Below, piece after piece: positions 1-12,150 of a DNA stretch of 64,000 nucleotides. A model generated the notes under the pieces. The model was not told the DNA's origin and did no database searches. It saw only the letters and a list, made by a program, of their open reading frames with translations. Numbering within the stretch: position 1 is the first letter of the stretch; each line of letters starts with the position of its first letter. Location of the stretch: contig CM075990.1 in the NCBI GenBank assembly GCA_038087875.1, forward strand, positions 992,001-1,056,000, written 5' to 3'. This stretch comes from Malacoraja senta. Taxonomy: Eukaryota. The position numbers were made by a program, and so were the translations under genes.

Positions 1-1970
1 TGGTGAGTCTGTGGAATTCTCTGCCTCAGAGGGCGGTGGAGGCAGGTTCTCTGGATGCTTTCAAGAAAGAACTAGATAGGGTTCTTAAAGATAGGGGAGT
101 CAGGGGATATGGGGAGATGGCAGGAACGGGGTACTGATTGGGGATGATCAGCCATGATCACATTGAATGGCTGTGCTGGCTCGAAGGGCCGAATGGCCTA
201 CTCCTGCACCTATTGTCTATTGTCTTTGGCCCCACAAATTCACACCAACCATTGATCACCCTTTCACACTAGTTCTATGTTATCCCACTTTCCCATCCAC
301 CCCCATCACACTAGGGGTAATTTATTGAGGCTAATTAACCTACAAACCCGCACGTCTTTGGGATGTGGGTGGAAATTGGAGCACCCGGAGAAAACCCTCA
401 GGGTCACAGGAAGAATGTGCAAACTGCACACAGACAGCATCCGAGGTCAGGATCGAACCTGGGCCTGTGGCCCTGTGAAGCAGTGGCTCTACCAGCTGCT
501 TGGAGTTACTCACTAATCATGGGTCACATCTTCCACATAGAAACACAGTGAGCAGGTTAACAGTGGTGTCGTTGTGTGACAGGGAGGACATGGCCAGGCA
601 GTATCCCAGTAATTCACGGACATCCTTATCCAGCCCCAATATCAGCAGAGCTCTTTAAAGTAGCAGCCAGTAAGTGTCAGGAGACCATAGACATTAATAT
701 CTCAGCGGGACAGGCAGCATCTCTGGAGAGAAGGAATGGGTGATGTTTCAGGTCAAGACCCTTCTTCAGACCAGTCGGGGGAAAGGGAAACGAGAGAAAT
801 AGATGATGATGTAGAGAGATAAAGAACAAATGACTGAAAGATATGCAAAATCATACCACTGGTTGTAAGCTGCTCAAGCGAAATATGAGACGCTGTTCCT
901 CCAATTTGCGATTAGCCCCACTCTGACAATGGAGGAGGCCGAGGACAGGAAGGTCAGTATGGAATGGGAAGGAGAATTGAAGTGTTTAGCATCCGAGAGA
1001 TCAGGTAGTTCCAGGCGGACTGAGCGAAAGTGTTCGGCCAGTCTACGTTTGGTCTCGCCGATGTGTAAAAGTCTACATCTTGATACGGATACAAGAGTTT
1101 GAGGATGGGAAACTGAACAAACCAGATAACTGGAGGTGCTGAAAAGATAATTGAATTCAAGGTACAGATGGCAAGTGATGTTTCAGGTTTGGGCACTTCT
1201 CCAGACTGAGGGATCCCAACCCAAACCATTGTCTGTCCATTCCCTCCACAGATGCTGCCTGAACCGCTGAGTTCCTACTGAGTTCCTGAGCACTTAGTAC
1301 TTTGCTAAAGATTCCAGCATCTGTGGTTCCTTGTGTCTCCAATAACTGAAGAGAGACACAAAATGCTGGAATAACTCAGCGGGTCAGGCTGCATCTCTGG
1401 AGAGAAGGAATGGGTGACATTTCTGGTTAAGACCCTTCTTCAGCCGTCTCCAATAATCCACTCTTTCTGTTTCAGGGAACATATGGCTTGTCCAAACCAA
1501 ATTGCTTGAATGGACATTTTAAGAGGCTCTCGGATGGAAAAGAGTTCAGCGTGATGAGAGAAGTTAGTGGTGATACACTGGTGCAGGTAGGTCATGGATG
1601 GATGAAGGTTTAGTGGAGTCCACTGCAAATTGGAAATTCTGGTGGTTTGGGCTTGGGACAGGCGAGGCTTGTGGATGAAGCCACCCTCGTCCCACAATAG
1701 AAACTTGGGGTGGCACAGTGGCGCAACAGTAGCGCTTCCGCCTCACAGTACCAGAGACCTAGGTTCAATCCTGACTTTGGGTGTTGTTTGTGTGGAGTTT
1801 GCACGTTCTCCCTGTGACCACATGGGTTGTCTCCAGTGCGCCAGTTTCCGCCAAAGACGTGCAGGTTTGTAAGTTAATTGGCTTCTGTAGTGTGTAGGAT
1901 AACCATATAACCATATAACCATATAACAATTACAGCATCGGAAAACAGGCCATCTCGGCCCTTCGAGTCC
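1..1970 (+). repeat. Near-identical duplicate of 13320-15270, abutting an assembly gap
   Basis: Direct sequence match; differences are almost all single-base homopolymer length changes. Confidence 0.92.
1476..1586 (+). CDS. FABP2-like: Second copy of FABP2-like exon 3 within the duplicated block
   Basis: Same sequence and splice sites as 14787-14897. Confidence 0.7.
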
Positions 1971-2010
1971 GATGCCGACCCACTGTCTCACCCTGTACAC
2001 CATACCGCTG

Positions 2011-2210
2011 NNNNNNNNNNNNNNNNNNNNNNNNNNNNNNNNNNNNNNNNNNNNNNNNNNNNNNNNNNNNNNNNNNNNNNNNNNNNNNNNNNNNNNNNNN
2101 NNNNNNNNNNNNNNNNNNNNNNNNNNNNNNNNNNNNNNNNNNNNNNNNNNNNNNNNNNNNNNNNNNNNNNNNNNNNNNNNNNNNNNNNNNNNNNNNNNNN
2201 NNNNNNNNNN
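2011..2210. other. Assembly gap (200 N)
   Basis: Run of 200 n. Confidence 1.
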
Positions 2211-3242
2211 GAAGTTACCTGCTAAGTCAGACTAATTTCCCACCATCCTTTTTCAGAAAGGCACTTTGGTACAAAGGGTCTTTTATTGTCACGTGTCCCA
2301 ATTAAGGTAGAGTGATACTTGATTGGGACACAGCCATTCTAAAAAAAGCAACAAGACACACAATATAAAAGTTAACATCAACATTAACCACAGCTGATTC
2401 CCCACATTCCTCACTGTGGTGGAAGGCAATAAAGTCTAATCTTCTTCCCTCTTTATTCTCCCGTGGTCGGGGCAGTCGAACCGTCTGCGGTCGGGGCGGT
2501 CGAAGCGGTCGAAGCTCCCGCAGCCGGCGATCGAAACTCAGCGTTCGGGGCGGTCGAACCTCCTGCGGTGGGAGCTCCCAAAGTCGATCCCCAACAAGAG
2601 GCCATCAGCTCCTTGATGCTAGGCCGCACTGTGGACAGAGATACGATACTGAAAAATATCGCATCTCCATTGAGGGAAGAGATTTTAAAAAGTTTCTCCC
2701 AACTCCCCCTCACCCCCCACAGAAAACAAGCTAAAGAACACTAAAACATACGTTTAACACATACTATCAAACAAGAAAGAAGAAAAAGACGAGACAGACT
2801 GTTGGCGAGGCAGCCATTGCAGCGCCACCTGGTGGAAATGTACAATTTATGACCACATTTGCAACATATCCTGGAGATTCCTTCTTCACAAGTAACTGCG
2901 GATGCTGGAATCTTGAGCAAAACAAGCGTTGGAGGAACTCAGCAAGGTCGGGTAGAATCTGTGATGCGAAACGGACAGGCGACCTTTTGGGTCGGGGCCC
3001 TTCTTAATACTGATCACACCTCTTAGACACAAAATGCTGGAGCAACTCAGCGGGACAGGCAGCAACTCCGGAGAGAAAAAATGGATGACGTTTCAGGTCG
3101 AGACCCTTCTTCAGACCACACTACTTCCCTTTCTACATTAAGAAGCTGAAGGAAGAGACTGAATTTCAGTTGGTGATTTGTGGTTCACTTCAGCCCACCT
3201 CACCATACTACACAAAGCACAAAGGCAAACATCAGAGATTTA

Positions 3243-3552
3243 GCTTAGTTTAGTTTAAAGATACAGCGCAGAAACAGGCCCTTCAGCTCACAGAGTCTGC
3301 ACCGACCAGCGATCCCCATACACTAACACTATCCTACACACACTAGTCACAATTTACAATTATACCAAAGCCAATTAACCTACAAACCTGCAAGTTTTTG
3401 GAGTGTGGGAGGAAACTGGAGCTCCCAGAGAAAACCCACGCGGTCACAGGGAGAACATACAAACTCCTTACAGACAGCACCTGTAGTCAGGATCGAACCT
3501 GGGTCTCTGGCGCTGTGAAGTGGCAACTCTACTGCTGCGCCACCGTGCCGCC
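3243..3552 (-). mobile_element. tRNA-derived SINE (HE1/V-SINE-like), minus-strand representative
   Basis: Reverse complement of the above family. Other minus copies lie at about 8521-8820, 10218-10512, 16905-17171, 28850-29140, 29580-29885 and 63318-63588. Confidence 0.88.
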
Positions 3553-3795
3553 CCAGTAAGATGTTGAGAAACATCCAGAAACTGTCAAAAGATAATCAGT
3601 TTCCTGTATTTGACAATCTGAGTGAAGTAACAAAAATAACTGTGACTGGTTCTCTGCAGCTGCCGTGCAGCACTGAGGTGAATGCATGGATACATGCAGC
3701 ACCCTTGCAGCCCCACCGTAAAGCTGGGGAATTCCAGCGACTGCACCCTCCCTCTCCACATCCATCGGTGAACAGTGGCAACAGGTGCTGCAAGT

Positions 3796-4105
3796 GGGCG
3801 GCACGGTGGTGCAGCGGGTAGAGTTGCTGCCTCACAGCGCCAGAGACCCGGGTTCGATCTTGACCACGGGTGTTGTCTGTACTGAGTTTGTACCTTCTCC
3901 CCCCGTGACCTGCGTGGGTTTCCTCCGGGAGCTCCGGTTTCCTCCCACACTCCAAAGACGTGCAGGTTTGCACGTTAATTTGGCCTGGGTAAAATTGTAA
4001 ATTGTCCCTCGTGTGTGTATGATAGTGCTAGTGTACGGGGATCGCTGGTCGGCGCGGTCATGTTGATCCTGTTTCCACACTGGAGCGATCAAGTCTAAAG
4101 TCTAA
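3796..4105 (+). mobile_element. tRNA-derived SINE (HE1/V-SINE-like), representative full copy
   Basis: A box TGGTGCAGCGG, B box GGTTCGATC, central GGTTTCCTCCCACACTCCAAAGAC domain and a CR1-like tail. Other copies lie at about 7584-7864, 15018-15460, 26776-27095, 43274-43570 and 52375-52650. Confidence 0.88.
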
Positions 4106-4479
4106 AAAGATCCCCCTCATCCTTCTAAACTCCAGTGAGTACAGTCCCAGAGACGTCAAACGCTCAATGTGCATTAACATCATCATCTCCAGGATCATTC
4201 TCGTAAAACTCCTCTAGAATCTCTCCAGCGCCAGCACATCCTCTGATATGGGGCCCAAAACTGCTCAAGATATGCGAAAAAACAATGGTGATAAAGGATA
4301 CGGGCCATTGTTTGCTGTGGACTAGGTGAAAACGATTTACAGACAATGAAACTCAACAAGACATGCATGGCGCTGTGCACCGGTAGGGCGTGGGTTAACA
4401 AAGTCTGTCACCTTCTGCTCCCCATGCCTCTCCGCTAAGTGTTAATTGAATGTTTATCCATTGGTGCATTTTCCCACAG

Positions 4480-4577
4480 CTTTGCATGTCAGCTTGTCTC
4501 TCGTTGCTTGAGGCTACGGGCAAGCCAGAACCTGCGTCATGTATGTTTGACTGCCGAGGACAGATAAGGAGCTGCAG
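4480..4577 (+). other. Possible upstream (5' UTR) exon of the FABP2-like gene
   Basis: Good acceptor (ttttcccacag) and donor (CAG|gtaaat) in unique sequence. The acceptor at 7300 implies an upstream exon exists. No homology support. Confidence 0.3.
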
Positions 4578-4707
4578 GTAAATGTTGAATCAGCCCTGTG
4601 CATGTCATCTGGCGAGTTACAGTCGTGACGTCTTCCGGAGCGGAGCTGTGCTGGGGTGCGAGGGACTGCGGGCGAGGTGAGTGCTCTTGGCCGTGTGTCT
4701 CTTCACT

Positions 4708-5302
4708 GGTGTGGTCTGGTGTGGTGCGGCACAGTGTGGTGTGTCGTACAGCTGGGTATGGTGTGGTATGGGGCGGTGTGATGTGGGGTGGTGTGGGGCG
4801 GTGTGATGTGGGGTGGTGTGGGGTGGTGTGGGGCAGTGTGATGTGGGGCGGTGTGGGGCGGTGTGGTGTGGGGGTGGTGTGGGGCGGTGTGGTGTGGGGT
4901 GGTGTGATGTGGGGTGGTGTGATGTGGTGTGGTGTGGTGTGGGGTGGTGTGGTGTGGGGTGGTGTGGGGTGGTGTGGGGCGGTGTGGTGTGGTGTGGTGT
5001 GGTGTGGGGTGGTGTGATGTGGGGTGGTGTGGTGTGGGGTGGTGTGGGGTGGTGTGGGGCGGTGTGATGTGGGGGTGGTGTGGGGCGGTGTGATGTGGGG
5101 CGGTGTGGGGCGGTGTGATGTGGGGTGGTGTGGGGTGGTGTGGTGTGGTGTGGGGTGGTGTGGGGCGGTGTGATGTGGCACAGTGTGGTGTGGTGTGGTG
5201 TGGGGCGGTGTGGGACGGTGTGATGTGGCACAGTGTGGTGTGGTGTGGTGGGGTGGGGTATGATGTGGCACAGTGTGGTGTGTTGGGGTGTGGTGTGGTG
5301 CG
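4708..5302. repeat. Degenerate pentamer satellite (GTGGT/GTGGG/GTGAT)n
   Basis: Directly visible tandem array. Confidence 0.95.
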
Positions 5303-6776
5303 GTGCCCAGCGCTGGCCGTGCAGAGCCAGAGACACGAAGGGAAGGGCAACACTCACTGGGAGACCAGCTACACCAAGCTGACCGCGGAGGCTCAAGGGG
5401 CTGCAGATGCTGGAATCCGGAGCTAACACCAAGTGCTGTAGGAACTCAGTGGGTCAGGCAGCATCTGTGGAGGGAATGGACAGGTGATGTTTCAGGTCGG
5501 AAACATCGTGTGAACGCGTGATCAATGGTTGGCATAGACTCAGTGGGTTGACGTATCTGTTTCCAAATGAAACTAACAGTGTGGCTTTGTATGTTAATCT
5601 GTAAATTGTCCCTAGTGTGTAGGGAGTGGATGAGAAAGTGGGATAACATAGAACTAGTGTGAACGGGTGATCACTGGTTGACTCGATGGGCCGAAGGGCC
5701 TGTTTCCGTGCTCTGTTTTTCGATCTTTCAATTAATAGATGAGGCTGATACAGTCATGAAAACAATGTCCTCATGTGCGTTGGTCTCAGCTCCAGTCTAA
5801 CCGGAGCCACTGACCAGATAACATCACTGTGGTCATTTATTCCCCTGTACCCCTGTAACCAGCTTCACACTGCAAGCAGCAAAACACCGCCCCAAACAGG
5901 CAGCTCCCTTCTACAGAAAGACACAAAGTACTGGTGTAACTCAGCGGGTCGGGCAGCATCTCTGGAATAAAAGGATGAGTGACGTTTCGGGTCGGGACCC
6001 TTCTTCAGACAATGGGCAATAACAAGAAATAACTTGCCAGCAATGGTTGGAGATATCAATCAGTTTTTAATTCAGATGTAAACAATATGCGGACAATATA
6101 TGTACAAGATGTACAATGTGTATTGTGCAAACGCTCAGTGAAATTCTTTCCCCACATTCAGTCCAGTAGAGTATTGCCGTACCCAAACACATCCCCGATT
6201 AGCAAGTGTACAGAAATAGTCTACTGAGCCCGCATGCATCATGTGTTGGCACCATTTCCCAAGTCCGCGCTCTAGTTGTTGTGAGCGGTGCCTGATCCAG
6301 GCGAGCCCCAGGCTGCTGCAGGGCCTCCAGCCGTCTCCATCCTTGGATGCCACGTCCCTCTCCTCGCCCGCCCACCTTTGTTCCCCGGGGGGGTGGGAGC
6401 CTCCCGCAGCCGACCTCGAGGGCGCGGTGGGCCAGACCCCGGTTCCCTCTCCTCTCCCACCGGCCTCCTGGCCCAACACGTCCACCTTCGTCACCGCCAG
6501 CTCCCATTACACAGGACTACAGAGCAAAGGGCAGATAGAGAATCCTGTAAGAAGTCAGAAATGGCTTGAGTTCAGTTCAGTTTAGTTTAGTTCAGTTTAT
6601 TGTGACGTGTACCGAGGTACAGTGTAAAGCTTTTGTTGGGTGCTAACCAGTCAGCGGAAAGACAATACATGATTACAATCGAGCCGTCCACGGTGTACAT
6701 GTGTACAGTACAACTCCCACTAGTCTTACAGCTCCGACTACATCTATCTTTGTCCGCCCCCTCCCCTGACATCAGT

Positions 6777-6804
6777 CTGAAGAAGGGTCTCGACCCGAAA
6801 CGTC
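6777..6804 (+). ncRNA. Hammerhead-like core (Penelope pseudo-LTR derivative)
   Basis: CTGAAGAAGGGTCTCGACCCGAAACGTC; stem I is weak. Confidence 0.5.
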
Positions 6805-7340
6805 GCCCATTCTTCTCTCCAGAGATGCTGTCTCACCCGCTGAGTTACTCCAGCATTTTGTGTCTACCTTCGATTTAAACCAGAATCTTGCAGTCCTTTC
6901 TTACACATAACAATGATTTATTCTTCATTTTCTTCAACTTCATCTCCTTGATCTCTCGTTTTCACACCTTACCTTTCCCCTCTCCCCTCTCTCCTTGATT
7001 AGTCCAGGTGTTTCTTGATTAGTACGGGTGTCAGCGGTTATGGGGAAAAGGCAGGAGGAATGGGGTTAGGAGGGAGAGATAGATCAGCCATGATTGAATG
7101 GCGAGTAGACTAGATGGGCAAATGGACTAATTTACTCCAATCACATGAACTTATGACTAGCAGTCTGAAGAAGTGTCTCCCATTCCTCTCTCCAGAGAAG
7201 CTGCCTCACACGCTGAGTTACTCCAGCATTTTGTGTCTATCCGGTGTAAAACAGCATCTGCAGTTCCTTCCTACATACTAACTACAACTTCTTTCACCAG
7301 GTCAATATCAGAAGGTGACAGTTTTGAGAAACCTTGAGCC

Positions 7341-7406
7341 ATGGCTTTCAATGGAGATTGAAAGCCTGTGAAAATGATAACTTTGAGGCAGTTCTAATTG
7401 CCTTGG
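7341..7406 (+). CDS. FABP2-like: FABP2-like intracellular lipid-binding protein, coding exon 1 (one apparent 1-bp deletion)
   Basis: GCCATGG Kozak context. Reads MAFNGD[TG-]KACENDNFEAVLIAL-G|gtaagt. It is 66 nt versus the 67 nt phase-1 first exon of FABP genes; adding one base near 7360 restores an F-x-G-x-W-K...N-F motif. An acceptor ctttcaccag ends at 7300. Confidence 0.8.
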
Positions 7407-8890
7407 GTAAGTTTGAGTTGATTGTCATGTGTACCGAGGTCCAGTGAAAAGCTTTTGCTGCCTGCTAACCCGTCAATACACGATCACAATCGAGCCATTC
7501 ATAGTGTACAGATACATGATAAAAGGGAGTAATGTTTAGTGCAATATGTCAATGCTCCTTGAGTCAGGAAAGATCATTTACAGGTGGCAACGGTGGCGCA
7601 GCGGTAGAGTTGCTGCTCACAGCGCCAGAGACCCGGGTTCGATCCTGACTACGGGTGCTGTCTGTACGGAGTTTGTACGTTCTCCCCCGTGACCTGCGTG
7701 GGTTTTCTCCGGGTTCCCCCACATTCCAAATGCGTACAGGTTTGTACATTAATTAGCTTCAGTACAACTTGTCCCTAGTGTGTAGGATACAACTAGTGTA
7801 TGGATGCTTACTGGTCAGCGAGGACTCGGTGGGCCAAAGGGCCTGTTTCCAGGCTGTATCTCTGATCCAAACATGCCCATCCCAACAAAGATCATCACAC
7901 GTTTTAGAGAGGGACTTAACATTAAGCAAATAGTTAAACAATGAATCTGAATGTTTAAAAAATCAGTTCCACAAGATGGGTGAGCTAACATTATGAATAG
8001 ATAGTAAAAAACAAAGTGCTGGTGGAATTCAGCAGGTCAGGCAGCATCTGTGGAGGGAATGGAAAAAGGACGTTTAGGATCGAAACATTCGATGGAGAAG
8101 GACACACCATGGAGAATTAGCTAGATAGGGCTCTTAAAGATAGCGGAGTCAGGAGATATGGGAGAAGGCAGGAACGGGGTACTGATTGTGGATGATCAGC
8201 CATGATCACAATGAATGGCGTTGCTGGCTCGAAGGGCCGAATGGCCTACTCCTGCACCTATTGTCTATTGTCTATTGAGAAGGGCACTGTCCCAGTCTTG
8301 AGCTAATGCTACCCGAGACACTGTGTTCCTCCAGCACTTTTGCTCAAGATTTAAGTGTCCGTAGATTCTTGTGTCTGTCTCCATTATAAATAGATATACA
8401 GGTATGCATGTTTGGACGTGTTCACTATGGTGTTGTGGGGAGTTCTCAAGGTCTGTGGTAATTACCTTTTTGTTCCTTAGGAAAGATGGACATTAAAGGG
8501 TGGGGTGTTCACTGAATACAAGTTAGTTTTAGTTTAGAGATACAACGTGAAAACAGGCCCTTCGGCCCTCCACGTCCATGCGGACTAGCGTGCATTAACA
8601 CTATCATACACACCAGGACAATTTCAATTTTACTGAAACCAATGAACCTACAAACCTGGTACGTCTTTCGAGTTTGGAGGAAACCTGGACACCCGAGAAA
8701 ACCCACGCGGTCACGGGGGGAACGTGCAAACTCCGTACAGACAGCACCCGTAGTCAGGATTGAACCCGGCTCTCTGGCGCTGTGAGGCAGCAACTCTACC
8801 GCTGCACCACTGTGCCGTCCTCATGTTAAGAGTCAAGAGTCAAGAAGTGTTTTATTGCCATATGTCCCAGATAGAACAATGAAATTCTTA

Positions 8891-9117
8891 AGGCCCTGTC
8901 CCACTTACGTGTCCCTTGGCACGCAAATTACGCGACCTCGTCGTTGCGTTGAGACGTATGTGCATCGTATGGCCGTGCGGGGCCGGTCCCACTGAGAAGC
9001 GCGGAGTGGTATGGAGTTGTGTGCGATAACGCGCGGCGCTCCGAAATTTATAGCGAACAAAATCTTCGCGCGCCACCGGCCTGTCCGCGTAACGACTGGC
9101 CAAAGTGGGACAGGCCC
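8891..9117. mobile_element. PIF/Harbinger-type MITE related to 49913-50243
   Basis: Ends GGCCCTGTCCCACTT and AAGTGGGACAGGCCC; CpG-rich interior; TSD is unclear. Confidence 0.7.
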
Positions 9118-11406
9118 AAGACCCTGGCGCGACGCAACGTCACACCTTCAACAGCAGCAGAAGCAGGCGAACGATCGCCGAGCTCGGCCTGGGCTCATGG
9201 CCGTTGCGGATCCGGATCCGTCCCCACTTCTACTCCCAGAGCGGGGCCAAGAAAATTGAAGATAGACACAAAATGCTGGAGTAACTCAGCGGGACCGGCA
9301 GCATCTCTGGAGAGAAGGAATGGGTGAAGTTTCGGGTCAAGACCCTTCTTTCAGACCAAATGTAAACGTATACTGTAAACAATATAATAAACGAGAAAAA
9401 TAGTTGAGTGTGTGTATATAGACCTTTACACACACACACACAGACATAAAACAAATGCCCTGAGGTCTATGTAGTCAGAGGTTTATTTGGAGGTTTAGTT
9501 AGTTTAGTTTTGAGATACAGTGTGGAAACAGGCCCTTCGGCCCACCAAGGCCTCACTGACCAACAATCCCCGCACATTATCTTACTTTCACACACTAGGG
9601 ACAATTTACACTGGGCCTCCAGCACTGCAAACACTGTAAGGCAGCAACTCTACCGCTGCTCCACTGTGCACCCTACGTTGATGTGTTTAATAGCCCGAAG
9701 GCTGTAAACAAGCTGTTCCTGAACTTGGACGTTACAGTTTTCAGTCTGCTGTACCTTCTTCCCGATGACAAGAGTGAAATGAGAGTATGGCCAGGGTGGT
9801 GTGGGTCTCTGATGATGCTGGCTGCCTTTTTGAGGCAGCGACTCCTGTAGATCCCTTCGACGGTGGGGAGGTCAGTACCCGTGATGGGACCGGGCAGGGT
9901 CCACCACTTTTTGCATTAACATTGTTAAATGCAAAGAGTAGACTAAACGATCTTAACTCAGAGGGTCAGGGTATAGAAATAGTCTTGCTGGAGTTAACCA
10001 ATAATACGTGGAGCACTTTTATATGTTTTAACAGTAATTATAATGTTGGGCATGGTACAAATGATGAAATCTATCAACTGGTTATGTGGAGATAAATGAG
10101 GGTGACTTTAATTTTCATGTGTCGTTGGCAAGACAAATTGACAAATGTATTTTTGAGAATGAATCTGCCAGAATGTTACAGAACTTTGTTTAGAAGGATG
10201 ATGGGAGATCTCATTCGGCTTTAGAGATACAGCGCGGAAACAGACCTTCGGCCCACCAAGACCACACCGACCAGCGATCAACCCATACACTAATATCATC
10301 CTACACACTAGGGACAATTAGAATTTTACCAAAGCTATTAACCTAAAACCTGTACGTCTGTGGATGTGGCAGGAAACTGGAGCACCCAGAGAACCCATGC
10401 AGTCACAGGGAGAACGTGCAAACTCTGCACAGACAGCACCTGTAGTCAGGACCCTACCCGGGTCTCTGTTGCTGTAAGGCAGCAACTCTACTGCTGCGTC
10501 ACCGTGCTGCCCTAAATCATTGAAACTTACCGCATATTAGAAGGCCCGGACAGCGTGAATGTCAATGGTTTCTGTACCAAGTTACAGTGAAATACTTCTT
10601 TTGCAGGCAGCTGAGGGAGACTATCCCCGTACATAAGCACATCCCCCTGTTAGTATCGGATGTACAGAACAAGGCCCCTGAGTCCATTTGCAAGAGGTAC
10701 CATGTTGGGGCCATTTCCCAGTCCCAGCTGTATTCTGGAACAATTCAGGGAATATGGGAATATCCTGGGTTTGCTCTGTGATTGCACTGGGAATTCAAGA
10801 TTCAAGATTCAAGAGAGTTTATTGTCATGTGTCCCAGATAGGACAATGACATTCTTGCTTTGCTTCAGCACAACAGAACATAGTAGGGATGACTACAGAA
10901 CAGATCAGTGTGTCCATATACCATTATATAAATATATACACACATGAATAAATAAACTGATAAAGTGCAGATAAACAGATAATGGTCTATTAATGTTGCC
11001 TATTTCCTTCGCTCCATAGATGCTGCTGCACCCGCTGAGTTTCTCCAGCATTTTTGTGTACCAATGGTCTATTAATGTTCAGAGTTTTGTCCGAGCCAAG
11101 TTTAATAGCCTGATGGCTGTGGGGAAGCAGCTATTCCTGAAACTGGACGTTGTAGTCCTCAGTCTCATGTACCTTCTACCTGAAGGTAGCGGGGAGTTGA
11201 GTGTGTGGCCAGGATGGTGTGGATCCTTGATGATGCTGCCAGCCTTTTTGAGTTAGCGACTGCGATAGATCCCCTCGTGGTAGGGAGGTCAGAGCTGATG
11301 ATGGACTGGGCAGTGTTTACTACTTTTGTAGCCTTTTCCTCTCCAGGGCGCTCAAGTTGCGAACCAAGCCACGACGCAACCGGTCAGCATGCTCTCACTC
11401 CACAAA

Positions 11407-11700
11407 TATTCCAGAAATACTCTGGGTATGCTCTGGGATCACTCTGGGATCACTGGATTGCTCTGGGAATACTCTGGGAATACTCCAAGAATTGGGATAG
11501 CTTTGAGATTGCTATGGGATTGTTCTGGATTGTTCTGGATTGTTCTGGGAATACTCTGGAATACTCTGGGAATATGCTGGGAATACTCTGGGAATACTCT
11601 GGGAATACTCTGGAATACTCCGGGAATACTCCGGGAATGCTCTGGAATACTCTGGGAATACGCTGGGAATACTCCGGGAATACTCCGGGATTGCTCTGGG
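11407..11700. repeat. 11-12-bp minisatellite (CTGGGAATACT)n just upstream of FABP exon 2
   Basis: Directly visible tandem array. Confidence 0.92.
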
Positions 11701-11775
11701 GCTGAACGTTGAGGGCTCTCCCCGGACCCTGCCACAGTGGGGTGGCCTGATGCGGCGCGCTGCTCTCTATTACAG

Positions 11776-11946
11776 GGATGCCTGAGCAGCACAGGACCAA
11801 GATGCTGGAGGACAAGACGGAGATGAGCATCAAGCAGGTGGGCGGCAGCTTCACCATCGAGGAGAGAAGCTGCCTCTGCACAAAGACATCGGAGTGAACG
11901 TGGATGAAGAATTGAAACTCTTCTTGCTGACGGGAGTCGAGTGAAG
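11776..11946 (+). CDS. FABP2-like: FABP2-like coding exon 2 (two apparent 1-bp deletions)
   Basis: tattacag|GG ATG... reads GMPEQHRTKMLEDKTEMSIKQVGGSFTIEERSCLCTKTSE[TG-]NVDEE[TT-]ETLLADGSRVK|gtattg. It is 171 nt versus the canonical 173 nt FABP exon 2. LADG matches FABP2 NLADGTELR. Confidence 0.8.
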
Positions 11947-11963
11947 GTATTGCAGGAAGACGT

Positions 11964-12150
11964 CACCCCTCCCTCCCCCCTCCCCCTCCCCCCTCCCCAC
12001 TTCCTCAGTGACCCCCTCCCCAAGGTCCCCCTATGCCTCCCCCTTCCCCCTCCCCCCTTCACCCCCCTTCCCCCTCCCCTCCTATCCCCCTGCCCCCCCC
12101 CTCTCCCCCTCCCCCCCTCTCCCCCTCCCCCCCACCCAACCCCTTCCAAC
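11964..12150. repeat. C-rich low-complexity tract
   Basis: Repeated C5-C8 runs separated by T or A. Confidence 0.9.

Noticed and set aside
3796..3870. tRNA-like sequence with A and B boxes
   Set aside because: It is the head of a SINE, continuing into the SINE body; not a tRNA gene.
1476..4577. In-frame splice of the exon 3 copy to the 4480-4577 segment (LCMSACLSLL...) as a novel protein
   Set aside because: The join crosses an assembly gap, and exon 3 is fully explained by FABP homology.
4537..5432. Long His/Thr/Pro-rich and Gly/Val/Trp-rich ORFs
   Set aside because: They are translations of a pentamer satellite that is open in most frames.
8481..8499. Possible micro-exon (ttccttag|GAAAGATGGACATTAAAGG|gt) in FABP intron 1
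   Set aside because: Weak donor, and canonical exon 1-2 sizes leave no room for it.
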